From: Macrostomum hystrix | Taxonomy: Eukaryota; Animalia; Platyhelminthes | Assembly: GCA_950097015.1 (NCBI GenBank) | Contig: CATNEN010000001.1 | Coordinates: 19,530,001-19,594,000, forward strand | DNA: 64,000 nt | Direction of reading: 5' to 3' | Shown here: piece after piece, positions 32,101-46,300 of the stretch | How positions within the stretch are numbered: the stretch's first letter is position 1 | How the letters are laid out: each line of letters starts with the position of its first letter | Notes under the pieces: generated by a model | Told to the model about the DNA's origin: nothing | Databases searched by the model: none | The model's input: only the letters and a program-made list of their open reading frames with translations | Program-made: the position numbers and the translations under genes

Positions 32101-34751
32101 GATGAAGGCAAGCGCTTGATGCAGAGCATCCTCGACTGGCTGCCTTCAAGAGAGAACTCAACGTTGCGGGCTGGACTGCCGCGGCCAACGCCGAACATGA
32201 GCTCCTCGGCGACCTCGCTGATGCTGGCAGCGCAGCCGGTGGTACAATCGATCTCAGACGGCTCGTCAGCGTCGAAGACTCGATAGCCGAACTGGATGCA
32301 GCGCTGCTCGGTTGGCGTCACCGGCTTATCAAGGAAAATCGGCGCAGCCGAATCTGCATCGAACTTTAACTCGATTGGCTGACCAGGTTCTAGGCAGTGA
32401 CTTGTCTGGTCTAGACGGCGGCACAGTTTAGGCGCGTGGTCATTGATGTTCAGCACTGTAACCTGAACAATTGTCGTGGAGGCTGGAGGCCCAGTCACTC
32501 CTGCAGGTAGGCGCATCTGTAGCGGCACAGTGTTCTCAACTGCCACGCGGAACTGAAAATGCGTGTGCGTCTCGCGATCGATTGGTGAAGCGATCCGCAG
32601 TTCGCCTGTGTACAGATCGATCCGAAAGTACTTCTGAGCATCGGACGACATTCCGGTCGAACGAGCTTCCATTGAAGATAGCGGTAAGATCCGAAACTGA
32701 ATTATACGATTCTTAGGATCCTTGTCCGCATCTGTGGCATTGATATAGCCGACTGTAACATTTCTAGCTTCTTCCAAGACCGTGAACTTGTAGCCCCTGT
32801 CGTAGCCATCAATAACAGGCGCATTGTCATTTTGATCCCTCACCCAGACAATGACATGCACTGTGGTGCTCATGTTTGCTGCGTTCTCGTTCTCTGCAGT
32901 CACATTGAAGCGGTACTCCTCCTGCCGTTCAAAGTCCAAGTCGCCGCGAACTAGCAGCCGACCGATGGAGTCGATTGAAAATGGTTCCGCATCGCCACGG
33001 AGACGATAGGCGATTTGGTTGTTTGGGAACGCATCCCTGTCTACGGCACGGATGATCAGACTGTTGCTCAACTGGTCGGCCATAGAGACAACTGTGCCAG
33101 ACGGAACATTCTCAGCGACTGCGCCTTCGTACAACTGGACGGGAAACTCTGGCCGGCAATCGTTCTCATCGTTCACGATCACAATTAGGCGCGCTGAGCT
33201 GGCATCGCCTGTTCGATTGTCGCTGCAGGCCACGTCCAAGTTGAAGCTGCTGTTTAGCTCGCGGTCTAGCCCTACCGCAGTCCTCAAGCTGTAGGCCTTC
33301 TCCCGACTGGAGCGGGAGAACTCCTCAAGTACAAAAGTCTTTGACATTGGCTTTGCCAGTTGGCATGTTAAAAACTGATAGTGCTCCGACAGCTCAATAT
33401 CCCTGTCCTTGACTTCTACTGTGGCGACTGTTAGACCGGCAGGCTGATTCTCTGTCACCTCCACGCGACTTTTCTGCTCGCCCTGACTCAGGAAGCTGAT
33501 CTGCATAGGCTCATCGTGAATGTTCAGCAGAATTACTGAGACTGATACGCTGCTTGATAGTGAGGGTGATCCCGCGTCCTTGGCCACGATGTAAAATGAG
33601 AATGTCCTCATTGAGATGTCTTCGTAGTCCAGATGAGTCTGTGTGCTCAACTCCCAGAAGGTGCGCCGACTCTGGTGCGATTGTCTGCCAATCTGCTGCA
33701 CTTTGAAGTATCGGCCTAGCGGTCCAGCAGACTTGATGCTGCAGTGAATCATGCCGTTCTGACCGCTGTCAGCGTCCAAGACGCTGAAGCTGGCAATCTG
33801 AAGACCGCCGTGATTCAGCCTGCGACTGTCAGACTCATTCAATGAGATTGTAAGGCCGGGCGTGAAGTCTAAAATTTCCGGCGTACAGTCGTTGACATCT
33901 TTGACCTCGATGATCAGCGTCATTGTTCCAGTCAGCGGAGGATTTCCCCTGTCCACGGCGGACAGGATAAGTGAAAATTCACGCTTTGTTTCATAGTCCA
34001 GCGGTCGAATGAGGCGCAGTTTTGGCGCCAGTGCAGGTAGCCGATAATCGGAGAGTTCAAAATAGTTTTCAATCGAGGTATTTTTAGTTGGCAACGGCTC
34101 GGTTAATCGATACTCGATGATGCCATTCTCGGCGCTGTCGGCGTCAGTAGCCGTCGGCAAGCTCAGCTCGTAGCCCAGAGGAGCCGCCTCGCTCACGCTG
34201 ATGTGACGCAGCTCGAAGCTGTTCTCAAACACGGGCCTGCAATCATTAACGTCCTCAATGATCACGTGGAGATAGTAGACTCGGGGTTGATTTAGTGGCG
34301 CGATGTGAACCGAAAGACGAAGCCGCAGACAGCACGAGTTTGGACTGTCATTTTCAACGACATCCGAATCTCTACAGCTCGTGTCGTATCGCGATCCTCG
34401 TTTCAAGCTCCTGCCGCGTATGCCTACAGCATGTGGAGTCACCTGACTGCTGCATATCTGCTCGCGATCCAGCGGGCCTTGCAGACTGATCTCACCGGCC
34501 GGGTTGATGACAAACGGCTGCGCCTGCTCACCCTTGTAGAAGTGAATGCTGCCAACTCGGTTAAATTCGTCCGGTGGCATTTGGACTTGCAGCAGCGGCC
34601 GGACTGCGACGCGAAAGTCCGACACGGCGGTGGCCGCGCCCTCTCTGACGCGCAGCACGGACAGAATGTTCCCAGCTGCGACGCTGATGATAAATGACAG
34701 CACCAGCAGCTGAGTTCGAGCAAGGCTCTGTGCAACTCGCATTGTCACCAT
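22897..34751 (-). CDS. Protocadherin (delta1-like, about 7 cadherin repeats, TM, cytoplasmic tail), about 1277 aa
   Basis: One 3058-bp exon 34751-31694 encodes signal peptide, EC repeats (LDRE/LDYE; DVNDC, DENDC, DQNDN, NINDH) and TM; it splices in phase to 25143-25004 and 23532-22897. The tail has polyQ tracts and ends ETTFV. Confidence 0.88.
23072..23109 (-). repeat. (CAG)n polyglutamine tract in the last protocadherin exon
   Basis: About 12 perfect GCT units on the plus strand, in frame as Q. Confidence 0.85.
24534..24802 (+). mobile_element. Diverged SINE copy in a protocadherin intron
   Basis: GGGGCGAGTGGCAGGGCGG head, GCTCGATTCCACGG B box, CCTGACGATCAGAAAGTCAGG hairpin; 3' truncated. 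Confidence 0.82.
25248..25609. repeat. 18-bp minisatellite (CTACTCTCTGATCCCTAT), array 1
   Basis: About 20 tandem units. Confidence 0.95.
25610..26950. repeat. Direct segmental duplicate, copy 1 (about 1.34 kb)
   Basis: Near-identical to 29369-30710. Confidence 0.93.
26951..29368. repeat. 18-bp minisatellite, array 2 (about 2.4 kb)
   Basis: About 134 units with clustered variants. Confidence 0.95.
29369..30710. repeat. Direct segmental duplicate, copy 2
   Basis: Differs from copy 1 by about 8 substitutions and a few homopolymer indels. Confidence 0.93.
30711..31021. repeat. 18-bp minisatellite, array 3
   Basis: About 17 units. Confidence 0.93.
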
Positions 34752-34948
34752 GGGAACAAGACGACCTGTGGATGTTTGAAGGTGGAGAGACTGGGCTTAG
34801 ATAACTAGACTTTTTTGTAACAAATCACAGTTCCTTTAGAGCAATTTTTAAACCAGGGGCTTGTCAAACTTCGGCCAAATGCAGCCCTCGAAGCTTCCAA
34901 ATCCGGCCCGTTGCCCTTCCGACACCTACAGTATCCTGTTTAATCTTT

Positions 34949-35168
34949 CCCCGTCTCATCTCTCCCGTGTCTCATCTCTCGCGTGTCTCATCTCTCCCGT
35001 GTCTCATCTCTCCCGTGTCTCATCTCTCCCGTGTCTCATCTCTCCCGTGTCTCATCTCTCCCGTGTCTCATCTCTCCCGTGTCTCATCTCTCCCGTGTCT
35101 CATCTCTCCCGTGTCTCATCTCTCCCGTGTCTCATCTCTCGCGTGTCTCATCTCTCCCCTATCTCATA
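34949..35168. repeat. 16-bp minisatellite (GTCTCATCTCTCCCGT)
   Basis: About 13 near-perfect units, 200 bp upstream of the protocadherin ATG. Confidence 0.93.
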
Positions 35169-37800
35169 TTTCTACAGTCAATGCGGCCCGCTAGCTAATA
35201 AGTGTGCCGACCCCTGCTTTAGACCTGTATCGTTCATGCGAAAAAAATTATAATCATTTATCCAGCTTCAATATCCCGATTTGTTTTATACAGCTTTATG
35301 TTTATGTTTATGTTTTATCTAGCTCAAGCTCTGTTAGCTACTTGTAAAATTAGTTTTCTTCTGTTAAGAGAAAGCATTCGAAAGAGAATCTAAGATTCAT
35401 CCAAGCTGTATATTATCCGTCTGGAAATCTAAGATTGCCCGGCTGCTGATAATGCTAGAGTCATAACTTACTTCCCTATAGCACAAAGGGAAAATTACAA
35501 ACCAGCATTACATCGAGCCTTCAATAAAAAAGCCTTGCGCAGACAAAACAGACATCGGCATAGCGATACAAAGAAATCTATTACAGAGGGTAGAGGTGCG
35601 CCAGACTCTGTTAGGTGTCATGGAGACCTAACATCTGGAGCAATAAACTCGCCTGCAATTCCTCAGGTCTGCACCCAGCACCTTGTCTCTATTCCTACCT
35701 TCCGTCGGCGTTGCTCGCGGGCAAGAATATGCGAGTAAATTCGTGAATTCAGGTACGCTGGAAGCAGCTGGTCATGCGTTCCTGATTACTGCTAGCTAGG
35801 ATCAGGCTATGGGCTGAACACCTTGACCCACCAGGTGCATAATGGGACATTGGACACAGCATGTTCGTCTGTTGCCTCACCTGGAATCTCTCGTGCACCG
35901 AAAATGTACCAAACTGGATTTTCGTATTTTTCTTAGACAAAATTAAGTCGGCAACGTAATATAATATTAGTTAGACTAAGGCTCTCAGGGGCTGTTGACA
36001 CCGTGGATTATTTAGCGACAGTCAAGAAGGCTTATTCCGCTGAACACACACGTGCATACTGATGTGTAAACTTGTCTTTACTTGCTCATCTTCAGTCATT
36101 ACTCACTGGTTGGCCCTCACGGGCTTTAATTTCACGACAATACCACTCTACGCGATTAATGTGCGTCACCGCAGATTCGAGCTCAGGACCTTTGTGCAGC
36201 TTCCTAACTCAACCCCATCCTCATGTAATCGGTTCTGCCTACTGCATCCTTGCTGTTCACTAGAGTACATCGTCAGTTTTTGTTAGTCAATTAGCTTAAT
36301 CCGACGGAATGTTATACGGCAAAGTGACAAATTGACAAATGCTTAACTTCCTGGGTACACCGTCACAGATTAGATTGCTCATAATTGATTGTGATGTCAA
36401 ATTAGCATTTCTAGATTAACGCAAGCTAAATCTGATGGATTAGCTCAGTAGCAGAGATAATTAAGTCGCTAGCTTTATTTTAAGCTACCACTTGACACGA
36501 GCAACGGCTATTCAAATTGACACCAAAGGAATTGCACAGAAGCTTCGTACAGAAGCACTTTTACTTGACAACAACAAAGCAATGGGACGGGCTTTCAACC
36601 GATAATTGGCCACCATTCATTGCTTATTCTGTAAGAGAATAAATAAAAGGGAGAAGAAAATTTAAGAGACGTAAGGATTCTAATTGAGAAGGCTTTATCG
36701 GGGGGGCGGGTCGTCCTGGCTTGGCTACCGGCTGACAGACTCAACACCGGAGCCCACCAGGCGAGTGCTCAAGTCCTGGACTCAGACTCACAGGCGCCCA
36801 TTGGCCGGTCCGGCAGCTAATCTGCAATCATCGCATGCAACCAGCTTGGCGTGAATGGAGGGCGCTCGCCCTACACAATCCCCCGCGGCGTCTCGCAGAC
36901 AGCAGGCGCTGGGACTATTGGAGAGATGTCAGTAGGACGAGGAAGAGAGAGACAGACAGTCGGGGCTGCAGCCCTTTTAAGATCATGCTACGCGCTCCAA
37001 TGAGGAGAGAAAGAGAAAAAGCGAGTGGGAGAGAGAGCGGGAGCAGACGGGAAGAATTTATACGCCGATTGAACTGGGAATTGTGGCGCCTGTGTGCTCA
37101 CACACAGAGACACCCACACACACACCCATTGGTAGTAGCCGATGACTTACCATGCTGCCAATCCATCCCTGTAGGAAATTATATTTCGCCATTTTATATT
37201 AGTTAAAAATACCATTGTCAATGCGAATGGCTGGGTTTCGGGGTGGCTGGCCTAGATTTTCTAGGAAAGAGAGAGAAAGGCGAATTGAGATGGGAGAGAT
37301 TTTGATCACGCGATAAATATTCTTGTGGAGGTAGGAAGTGCGCACAGAGATTGACAACTATTTTTCATCTCCACCTGCCTCGGGTGGTCCAGTTGACGTT
37401 TAATAATAATGGCCAGAGTTAGTAATAACAGCAATAGTAATAAAATTTTTTTAGATTTAGCTGGGCGGGGCAAAAGTTGGTGTGGGGGTGAGTGGTTGGG
37501 AGGGAGTCTTTTATGTTCTCCAAAGCCAGTTTTAAAGCCATAATTCACTCAATGAAGGCCTTCATTTATAATGGATAGCAAGGACTGGCTCATAGGGACG
37601 CAAGTTGGGGCCAACAAATGTCACTTGTCAATCATTTGGTACCCTAGGGCAAAGCAAAGAAATGCCACTCATGCTGTACACTTCACATCAAAGCGGGTCT
37701 TACTCAAATGCTTGCCCGATCAAAAGTCATCCAGTTAAATTTTTCCTTTTCTAAATCGTATTATTTATTAAAAATCCTACCACTGCAACAATATTCCAAA

Positions 37801-39704
37801 CTAGAATCGCATAAAGAGCTCTAGAATCTTAGCAAGAACTCTAGAATCTTAGCAAGAACTCTAGAAACGCAGCAAGAACTCTAGAATCTTAGCAAGAACT
37901 CTAGAATCTTAGCAAGAACTCTAGAATCTTAGCAAGAACTCTAGAATCTTAGCAAGAACTCTAGAATCTTAGCAAGAACTCTAGAAACGCAGCAAGAACT
38001 CTAGAATCTTAGCAAGAACTCTAGAATCTTAGCAAGAACTCTAGAATCTTAGCAAGAACTCTAGAATCTTAGCAAGAACTCTAGAATCGCAGCAAGAACT
38101 CTAGAAACGCAGCAAGAACTCTAGAATCGCAGCAAGAACTCTAGAATCGCAGCAAGAACTCTAGAAACGCAGCAAGAACTCTAGAATCGCAGCAAGAACT
38201 CTAGAATCGCAGCAAGAACTCTAGAATCTTAGCAAGAACTCTAGAAACGCAGCAAGAACTCTAGAAACGCAGCAAGAACTCTAGAATCGCAGCAAGAACT
38301 CTAGAATCGCAGCAAGAACTCTAGAATCGCAGCAAGAACTCTAGAATCGCAACAAGAACTCTAGAATCGCAGCAAGAAGTCTAGAATCGCAGCAAGAACT
38401 CTAGAATCGAACGAAGAACTCTAGAATCGAACCAAGAACTCTAGAATCGCAGCAAGAACTCTAGAATCGAACCAAGAACTCTAGAATCGCAGCAAGAACT
38501 CTAGAATCGAACGAAGAACTCTAGAATCGAACCAAGAACTCTAGAATCGAACCAAGAACTCTAGAATCGCAGCAAGAACTCTAGAATCGCAGCAAGAACT
38601 CTAGAATCGCAGCAAAAACTCTAGAATCGCAGCAAGAACTCTACAATCGAACCAAGAACTCTAGAATCGCAGCAAGAACTCTAGAATCGAACCAAGAACT
38701 CTAGAATCGCAGCAAGAACTCTACAATCGCAGCAAGAACTCTAGAATCGCAGCAAGAACTCTAGAATCGAACCAAGAACTCTAGAATCGAACCAAGAACT
38801 CTAGAATCGCAGCAAGAACTCTATAATCGCAGCAAGAACTCTAGAATCGCAGCAAGAACTCTACAATCGAACCAAGAACTCTAGAATCGCAGCAAGAACT
38901 CTAGAATCGAACGAAGAACTCTAGAATCGAACCAAGAACTCTAGAATCGAACCAAGAACTCTAGAATCGCAGCAAGAACATTAGAATCGCAGCAAGAACT
39001 CTAGAATCGAACCAAGAACTCTAGAATCGCAGCAAGAACATTAGAATCGCAGCAAGAACTCTAGAATCGCAGCAAAAACTCTAGAATCGCAGCAAGAACT
39101 CTACAATCGAACCAAGAACTCTAGAATCGCAGCAAGAACTCTAGAATCGAACCAAGAACTCTAGAATCGAACCAAGAACTCTAGAATCGAACCAAGAACT
39201 CTAGAATCGCAGCAAGAACTCTATAATCGCAGCAAGAACTCTAGAATCGCAGCAAGAACTCTACAATCGAACCAAGAACTCTAGAATCGCAGCAAGAACT
39301 CTAGAATCGAACGAAGAACTCTAGAATCGAACCAAGAACTCTAGAATCGAACCAAGAACTCTAGAATCGCAGCAAGAACATTAGAATCGCAGCAAGAACT
39401 CTAGAATCGAACCAAGAACTCTAGAATCGCAGCAAGAACATTAGAATCGCAGCAAGAACTCTAGAATCGCAGCAAAAACTCTAGAATCGCAGCAAGAACT
39501 CTACAATCGAACCAAGAACTCTAGAATCGCAGCAAGAACTCTAGAATCGAACCAAGAACTCTAGAATCGAACCAAGAACTCTAGAATCGAACCAAGAACT
39601 CTAGAATCGCAGCAAGAACTCTATAATCGCAGCAAGAACTCTAGAATCGCAGCAAGAACTCTAGAATCGAACCAAGAACTCTAGAATCGCAGCAAAAACT
39701 CTAG
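37801..39704. repeat. 20-bp satellite (CTAGAATCGCAGCAAGAACT) with a 400-bp higher-order period
   Basis: About 95 units in register; rare variants recur at 400-bp spacing. Confidence 0.95.
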
Positions 39705-40319
39705 CTACTACGTAGTAGAAGTAGAATCGTTCTGGCTGGAATAACACTTATTGTAATCGCTGAAAAGTCCTTAATTTAAATTAAAATCTTTCTGAAAATC
39801 GAGTTTAGAAATCGGAAGAAAAAATCGGGAAAAAAGTAAAAAAAACATCAATAGGAAGGCCAGATTAAAAATCGAATCTTGACCTACCTCAGATCTACGC
39901 AACTGAAAAGCAAAAGCTGAAATGTTAGTCCGCCAAATCAGCGGAATTACAAATTTGAAGAAGCTGTTTTGCACCTGAAAGCAGATCTTTCCAGCAGCTC
40001 TCCGTTTTGCGACAAAGTTTTCAGATTAACACACACAGGCAACCGGCTTTGATTATGTGGCCAACTTCCCTGACGAAATTTTGCCTTTTTTCAGCATTAG
40101 ACGAGAGAAAGGAAAAGTGCAGCCAGATTCCTTCGGCAATGGGAAAAACAGAAAGACAAATCTGCCAGCCGGAAGGAAAGAGCTTACAGAGGAAATAAGA
40201 GAGGCGAAGGCAGGTGACAAAAATCTGGCGCACCTTAATGATTGATCATCTGTATAACGCCTGTCAGATTAAGTCCTCCCAGCTGCAATCTAAACTAGAG
40301 CAATTTAAGAGCAGATTAG

Positions 40320-40813
40320 ACAGAATCATAGCTAGAATTGTAGCTGGAAGCTGGAATCGTAGCTGGAATCGTAGCTGGAATCGAAGCTATAATAGACTAG
40401 AATATTTTATAGAATCGCAACGAGAATCGTAGCTATAATCACAGCTAGGGTCTTAGTTTGAATCGCATTAAGAATCGTAGCTGGAATCGCAGCAAGAATC
40501 GCAGCTGGAATTGTATCTAGAATAGAGACTAAAATCATAGCTAGAATGAAGCTATAATCGTAGCTGGAATCGAAGCTAGAACTTTGACTAAAATCACAGC
40601 AGAATCGAAGGTAGAATTGACCAGAATCGTTTCTAGAATCGCAACGAGAATCGTAGCTATAATTTTGGTTAGCATCTAGGCTAAAATCGAAGCTAGAATC
40701 GCAGCTAGAATCGCAGCTAGAATCGCAGCTAGAATCGCAGCTAGAATCGCAGCTAGAATCGCAGCTAGAATCGCAGCTAGAATCGCAATTAGAATCGCAG
40801 CTAGAATCGTAGC
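40320..40813. repeat. 12-bp repeat (GCTAGAATCGCA), degenerate 5' part, near-perfect at 40691-40810
   Basis: Tandem units sharing CTAGAATCGCAG with the 20-mer satellite. Confidence 0.85.
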
Positions 40814-41186
40814 AAAAGCCGTCGAAAAAGTTGCGAAAAATTGTTGAAATTGTTTGCAAGCCCAGCAATATGGCAGCAATATGTTTCTCCTCCCAAGTCT
40901 GTTATTATCGATTGAGTTAGTTACGTGTAGAATTTTGAGCGACGAGTAAGGACGTAAATGAAAGAGAAAACACGGTGAGGAAATCGGATGCCTCGGAATC
41001 GGCCAAAAAGCGAATCAGACTTTTGCAACTAAACCGACAAAAACTGGTATCACACTGAAAATAACTTCGCTAGTCATGGTTACAACTGAGGTGAAATTGG
41101 ACTCACAGAAATTCAAATAAGTTTTCTACGAAGCCAAATAGTGCCAACATTGTTAGCTTAGACTGGGAAATACGCTCGTACTATTT

Positions 41187-41990
41187 TGGGAGTGGCAGAG
41201 TGGGAGAGTGGGAGAATGTCAGAGTGGCAGAGTGGGAGAATGTCAGAGTGGCAGAGTGGGAGAATGTCAGAGTGGCAGAGTGGTAGAATGTCAGAGTGGC
41301 AGAGTGGCAGAGTGGCAGAGTGGGGAGAATGTCAGAGTAGGAGAGTTGGAGAGCGGGAGAGTGGCAGAGTGGGGAGACTGGCAGTGTGGGAGAGTGGGAG
41401 AGTGGCAGAGTGGGGAGACTGGCAGTGTGGGAGAATGTCAGAGTAGGAGAGTTGGAGGGCGGGAGAGTGGCAGAGTGGGGAGACTGGCAGTGTGGGAGAG
41501 TGGCAGAGTGGCAGAGTGGGAGAATGTCAGAGTAGGAGAGTTGGAGAGCGGGAGAGTGGCAGAGTGGGGAGACTGGCAGTGTGGGAGAGTGGGAGAGTGG
41601 CAGAGTGGGGAGACTGGCAGTGTGGGAGAATGTCAGAGTAGGAGAGTTGGAGGGCGGGAGAGTGGCAGAGTGGGGAGACTGGCAGTGTGGGAGAGTGGGA
41701 GAGTGGCAGAGTGGGGAGACTGGCAGTGTGGGAGAGTGGCAGAGTGGCAGAGTGGCAGAGTGGCAGAGTGGCAGAGTGGGAGAATGTCAGAGTGGGAGAA
41801 TGTCAGAGTAGGAGAGTTGGAGAGTGGGAGAGTGGGAGAGCGGGAGAGTGGCAGAGTGGGAGAGTAGGAGAGTGGCAGATTGGGGAGAGCGGGAGAGTGG
41901 CAGAGTGGGAGAGTAGGAGAGTGGGGAGACTGGCAGTGTGGGAGAGTGGGAGAGTGGCAGAGTGGGAGAGTAGGAGACTGGCAGATTGGT
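41187..41990. repeat. Purine-rich compound repeat built on GAGTGGCA/GAGTGGGA 8-mers
   Basis: Direct inspection; the overlapping ORFs are repeat artefacts. Confidence 0.9.
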
Positions 41991-43358
41991 AGATTCGGAA
42001 AAGGAAGTGCAGTGAAGGGAGCGTGCAGATCAGCATGTCTATCAATTTATCTGTAATTGAAGCTAAAATTATTAAATTTATTAAAATCTGACTCACACAA
42101 AAAGGTTTCCCTAATCAATTAAACAAATCAAAATAGTTTTTTTTCTCAGCAATCAAAAACTCCACCAACATATGATTGATTGCAATCCTTTGGACTGGGA
42201 TTAGGTGCGAAGGAACTAACAAATTGGGATATTCACATGGCAGCTAAGCTTTGCCTTGCTTTGGGAAAGAATTCAATTGAATTGCATTGCAGAGGCGGCG
42301 GGAGACAGCCCAGATAAAAAGAACAATGAAGTCAATTAAACTGTCAGGCAGGTCGATAATCCGCTGCCATGAAACTGGACGGCTGGGGGTAATAGCCTGC
42401 TCTGTGCCTTAGAAGAGGGAATTAAAAAAGTCAAACTCACCGCGGCAGTCAGACGGGCAGACAGACAGGCAGGCGGACAGGCAGGCGGACCGTCGAATAG
42501 AAACTTTAGCAATGGAAGAGTTAGTCGATCGCGTGAAGGATTTAGGAGTGACTGGGTTGCCCACCCATGGCTTTGCAGGGCCGGCTTCTTGAGAGAGTGC
42601 AGAAAATGGAAATAATGGAATGTGGGATTGAGATCTACCAGTTGTTGAGGCGATTGCGCGTGGCAGATTGGCTGTGCCTCTTAATTCCAGCTTAAATGCC
42701 TCGCCTATTGGAACACTTGGCGAGAGCCAATAGAAAATCGGCACGAATATTTAGGCTTCTGGTGACAGAAAACATGAAGTAAATGAAAGTCTGACATGCG
42801 CAAATGATACTACTCTTGGTAGCTCAGTTGATTGAGAATAGTAGTTGTTACCAAATTAAACTGAAGATTTTTTATTTCACATTAAAACCATCCGAATAAA
42901 AGTAAACAGGAAATATTTTCTTAGAAATTGAGCTGCTAGAAAAGTTGAAAACTTACAATTCAAACAAATGATAAACTTTTCTACGTTTTTAGAACAGCAA
43001 GGTTTATTTTATAACGAATTTCAGAGGATAAAAAAACATTATAACGAAAATACTCACAAAAATTCCTTTAATAAAAATATGTCATATTTAACATGCTATT
43101 AAAATATCTTTGAGCAGGTTGCCTCCTTAAAATGATATTTTCCGTAAGAAATGTACGAGTACTAATAATCTTGTTATTGTCATTTTAAAATACTTTGCTC
43201 TGTTGTATACGAATCATGATTTACTGTGCTTTTCCTATTTCATTTAACGAGGCTAAACTGCAGGCCAGATCCAGATTAAAAAAACTAGTTCAAAAGCACA
43301 ATGGCAAACTTTTTTGTTAAAATTAAATTAGCTCTTCAAGATCTTCGGTTCTGTTGAA

Positions 43359-46300
43359 TCACTTGGTGTCGCACAGCAGGGCCACGCCTCGCAGAATCCA
43401 GTGATCCGGGTCCTTGTTGGTGCGCAGCAGCAGCGGGAAGATGTAATTCAAATCGGTACGCTTCGGCTTCTTGTACACCGGACACTCGTACAAGTTGTTG
43501 GACTTTGGCCTCTCAGTATTGATGGCGTAGATGTGCACCACTGGCAGGCTGGTGTACAGCACCTTCGCCGGCGGCTCCATCAGGCGGGCGTTGCGTCTGT
43601 CCCAACCGGCGCCGTCCAGGAAAAGACCGTAGACATACACGCCCTCGGCTGGCGGGTTGTGCACTTCCTCCTTCAGCAGCTTGGTGACGTCGTTCATGAG
43701 GAACACAGAGTCTAGAGCCCAGCCCTTGTGGGCGCGGGTGATCTCCTGACGCATGGCGGTCAGGAAGCCCTGAGGATTGAAGAAGCCGGTCATCCAGTAG
43801 CTAGTTGGCCTGCCTTCGAACAGCCAGCTGTGAAATTGGGCATTGCGGTCTAGCAGATCGGTGAACCAGAAGCCCAGAGTGGCCGACTCCCAAGAGATTC
43901 GACGCCACAGCTTCGGGATGCGAGCGTCGAACATGTTGTCGAGGGCATCCTGCAGGTTCTCGGACATGATGATGGTGCCGTCGATGGCCAGCTTGAGATC
44001 TGTGAGGGTGCTGCGCACGTTGCTAATAACTCGCTGCATTCGATCGATCTCCTGCTTGAGGAAGATGTGCAGCGGCTTCAGGTGGTCCATCTTGCGCAGC
44101 TTGTCTCGCACCTGCAATTTTTTCGTTTCGAAAACAACAGTCAAATGGCTGTGACGAAAAGGCAGCAATCAGTTGAGTATCTGTGAGCAATCAAGCAATG
44201 ACTTACCTCGAACGGATTGTAGTCCTCCGGCAGTTTGGCCAGCATGTCGTCGCACTGCCTGTAGACGATCGACTCGCGGGTCTCGCCAGCGCCACCGGCG
44301 CCGCTGTCCTTCGGCTGAATGTTTTGGATGGTCTCCAGCATGGCGTTTGCGTTATTCGTCTGGTAGCTGTGGGAAAAACGAGTTGAACATCGATGGTTTA
44401 CGATTTTTTATTACAAAATGTTTGGAAATGCGTATTTTAGACTCATTCTACAAACAAATCAATAATTCAACATTGCTTACGTAACGTCCGCATTGGCGTG
44501 CAAGCCGAACACATCGGGCGCATCAACCAACGGTAGAGCGTCGACAAAGGAGCGATACTCGTCAATCTGCTTGCACTTGGGAATTCGGTAGCCCTTGTTA
44601 AACTGGAAGGACTCCAGGAACATGCTTTCGCTGAACCACACCTTGGCGTAGGTGTTCAACAGTCGCTTATCGTAGTCGTCCGTCACACGACCTCCGTATT
44701 GGACCTCGCCAATCATGTAGCGAACTGTCACCCAGCTGACGCCGCGCTTGATGTCCATGTCGTCGAGGTGGTTCTGTACGAACTGTACTGTGGCCGAGAA
44801 GTCCGACTGGTTGAACTCGTACGGAATGTTCCAGCCAATGGGACCGAATTTACGACGCTCCTGAAAACAAAAATGTTTGTTGGGCTTGTGATTTCGTGTT
44901 GTCACATACGATATGGCCTATCTGGCGTCTTACTGAGTTTTCCTCAGACAAAATATTCACAACAGCAAAAACTTAGTTCTGATCACTCACCTGAACAATT
45001 GTATGCATGAAGGCCACGCTGTATAGGATGGGCTTCCACTGGGTCATGTTGCTCACATCAAGCTGGTCTTGGGTGAGTAAACCGTAGGTCCTGCGCAGGC
45101 CGGCCCTGATGCCCTGAGGCGGATCGTAGGTGAACTTGATGGAAGACTGCAGAAGGTTGATTGGGAAGCTGCGATGCGGCTCGGTGGTTATCCAGCACCT
45201 GAAATTGTCGTGACTCTCAGCGGTGGTCACCGTGTCCAACAACTCGTCCATGAAGTTCAGGCCCAGATGACAGTTCTGCAGCAGAATCCAGCGACCCTCG
45301 GACATGCTGGCCTGGAGCAGCCGTCGGGCGTGAACCTCCTGACCCTGACCCATGGAGATGGCGCCGCTCTGAATACCCAGCTTCTTAGCCAGCCGTTCAA
45401 TGTTGTCAGTGGGATCGCTGCCAAGAGACAGGAAGCAGATCATGGGAGTCCGGCAGTCGGCTTCGTCCGCCATGGTCTCCAGGTTGGTGATGACGCCATC
45501 GGCGTACTGGGCGCCCATGATCTCGGAGACGTAGCGCTTGGCCATGGGGATGGTTCGGTCCGGGGTGATTGACCGAACCAGCAGCAGCTTGTGGAAGGTG
45601 CTGGCTTTGTCGTAGCCGTCAGGAATAAGGCACTCCTCCGGAGCGTCTTCGTCGCACCAGGTCTTCCAGGGCTTATCGTTCTTGGCGATCTGCTCAGTGA
45701 GTAGGTTGAAATGAGCCAGCTTGCTCAGCTCGACCAGGTTGAGCCAGATCAGATCCTGGATCCACTTCTTTGGTTTCGGTTCCACAGCGTTAAGGTCCAG
45801 GGCTGCGCCACCCTTGATGAAGATGGAGAACTCGTCGTGCTTGACGTGACCCGACTGCATCTGTAGCTTCAGCGTCAGCAGAATGGTGAATGTGAACTTG
45901 TCCACCTCGTACAAGCCACGAGCAGTGTAACGGAACACCTCGAAGGTAAGGTAGTCGATGATGTTGGAAATGCGCTTCAGTGTGATTGGCGACTTGGTTG
46001 AACGGGCCATACTCAGGTCGAAGAGACCAAGGAATTGGCGCAGCGAAGTCTGGTACATGACGTTCACCATGCTCATTTCGACGATCAAGAAGTACAGGAG
46101 AGAGCCGCGAGTAGCGATTGGTCGGTACTCCTCTCGGGCAGTGTTAATCTTAACCTCGGTATCAGCCGCAACCGCAAGCTTCTCCCGAACATCTTCAGCT
46201 GTGATCTTCGTAACTCGCAGCACCTCGATCAGGGACTCGTCCTCCACTAGGCTGCCTTCAGTGCTGGTGAGCCGGTACAGCAGGTTGTCCTCTAGCTCCT

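Noticed and set aside
37801-39704. CRISPR-like array
   Set aside because: Contiguous tandem units without unique spacers, eukaryotic context, no cas genes.
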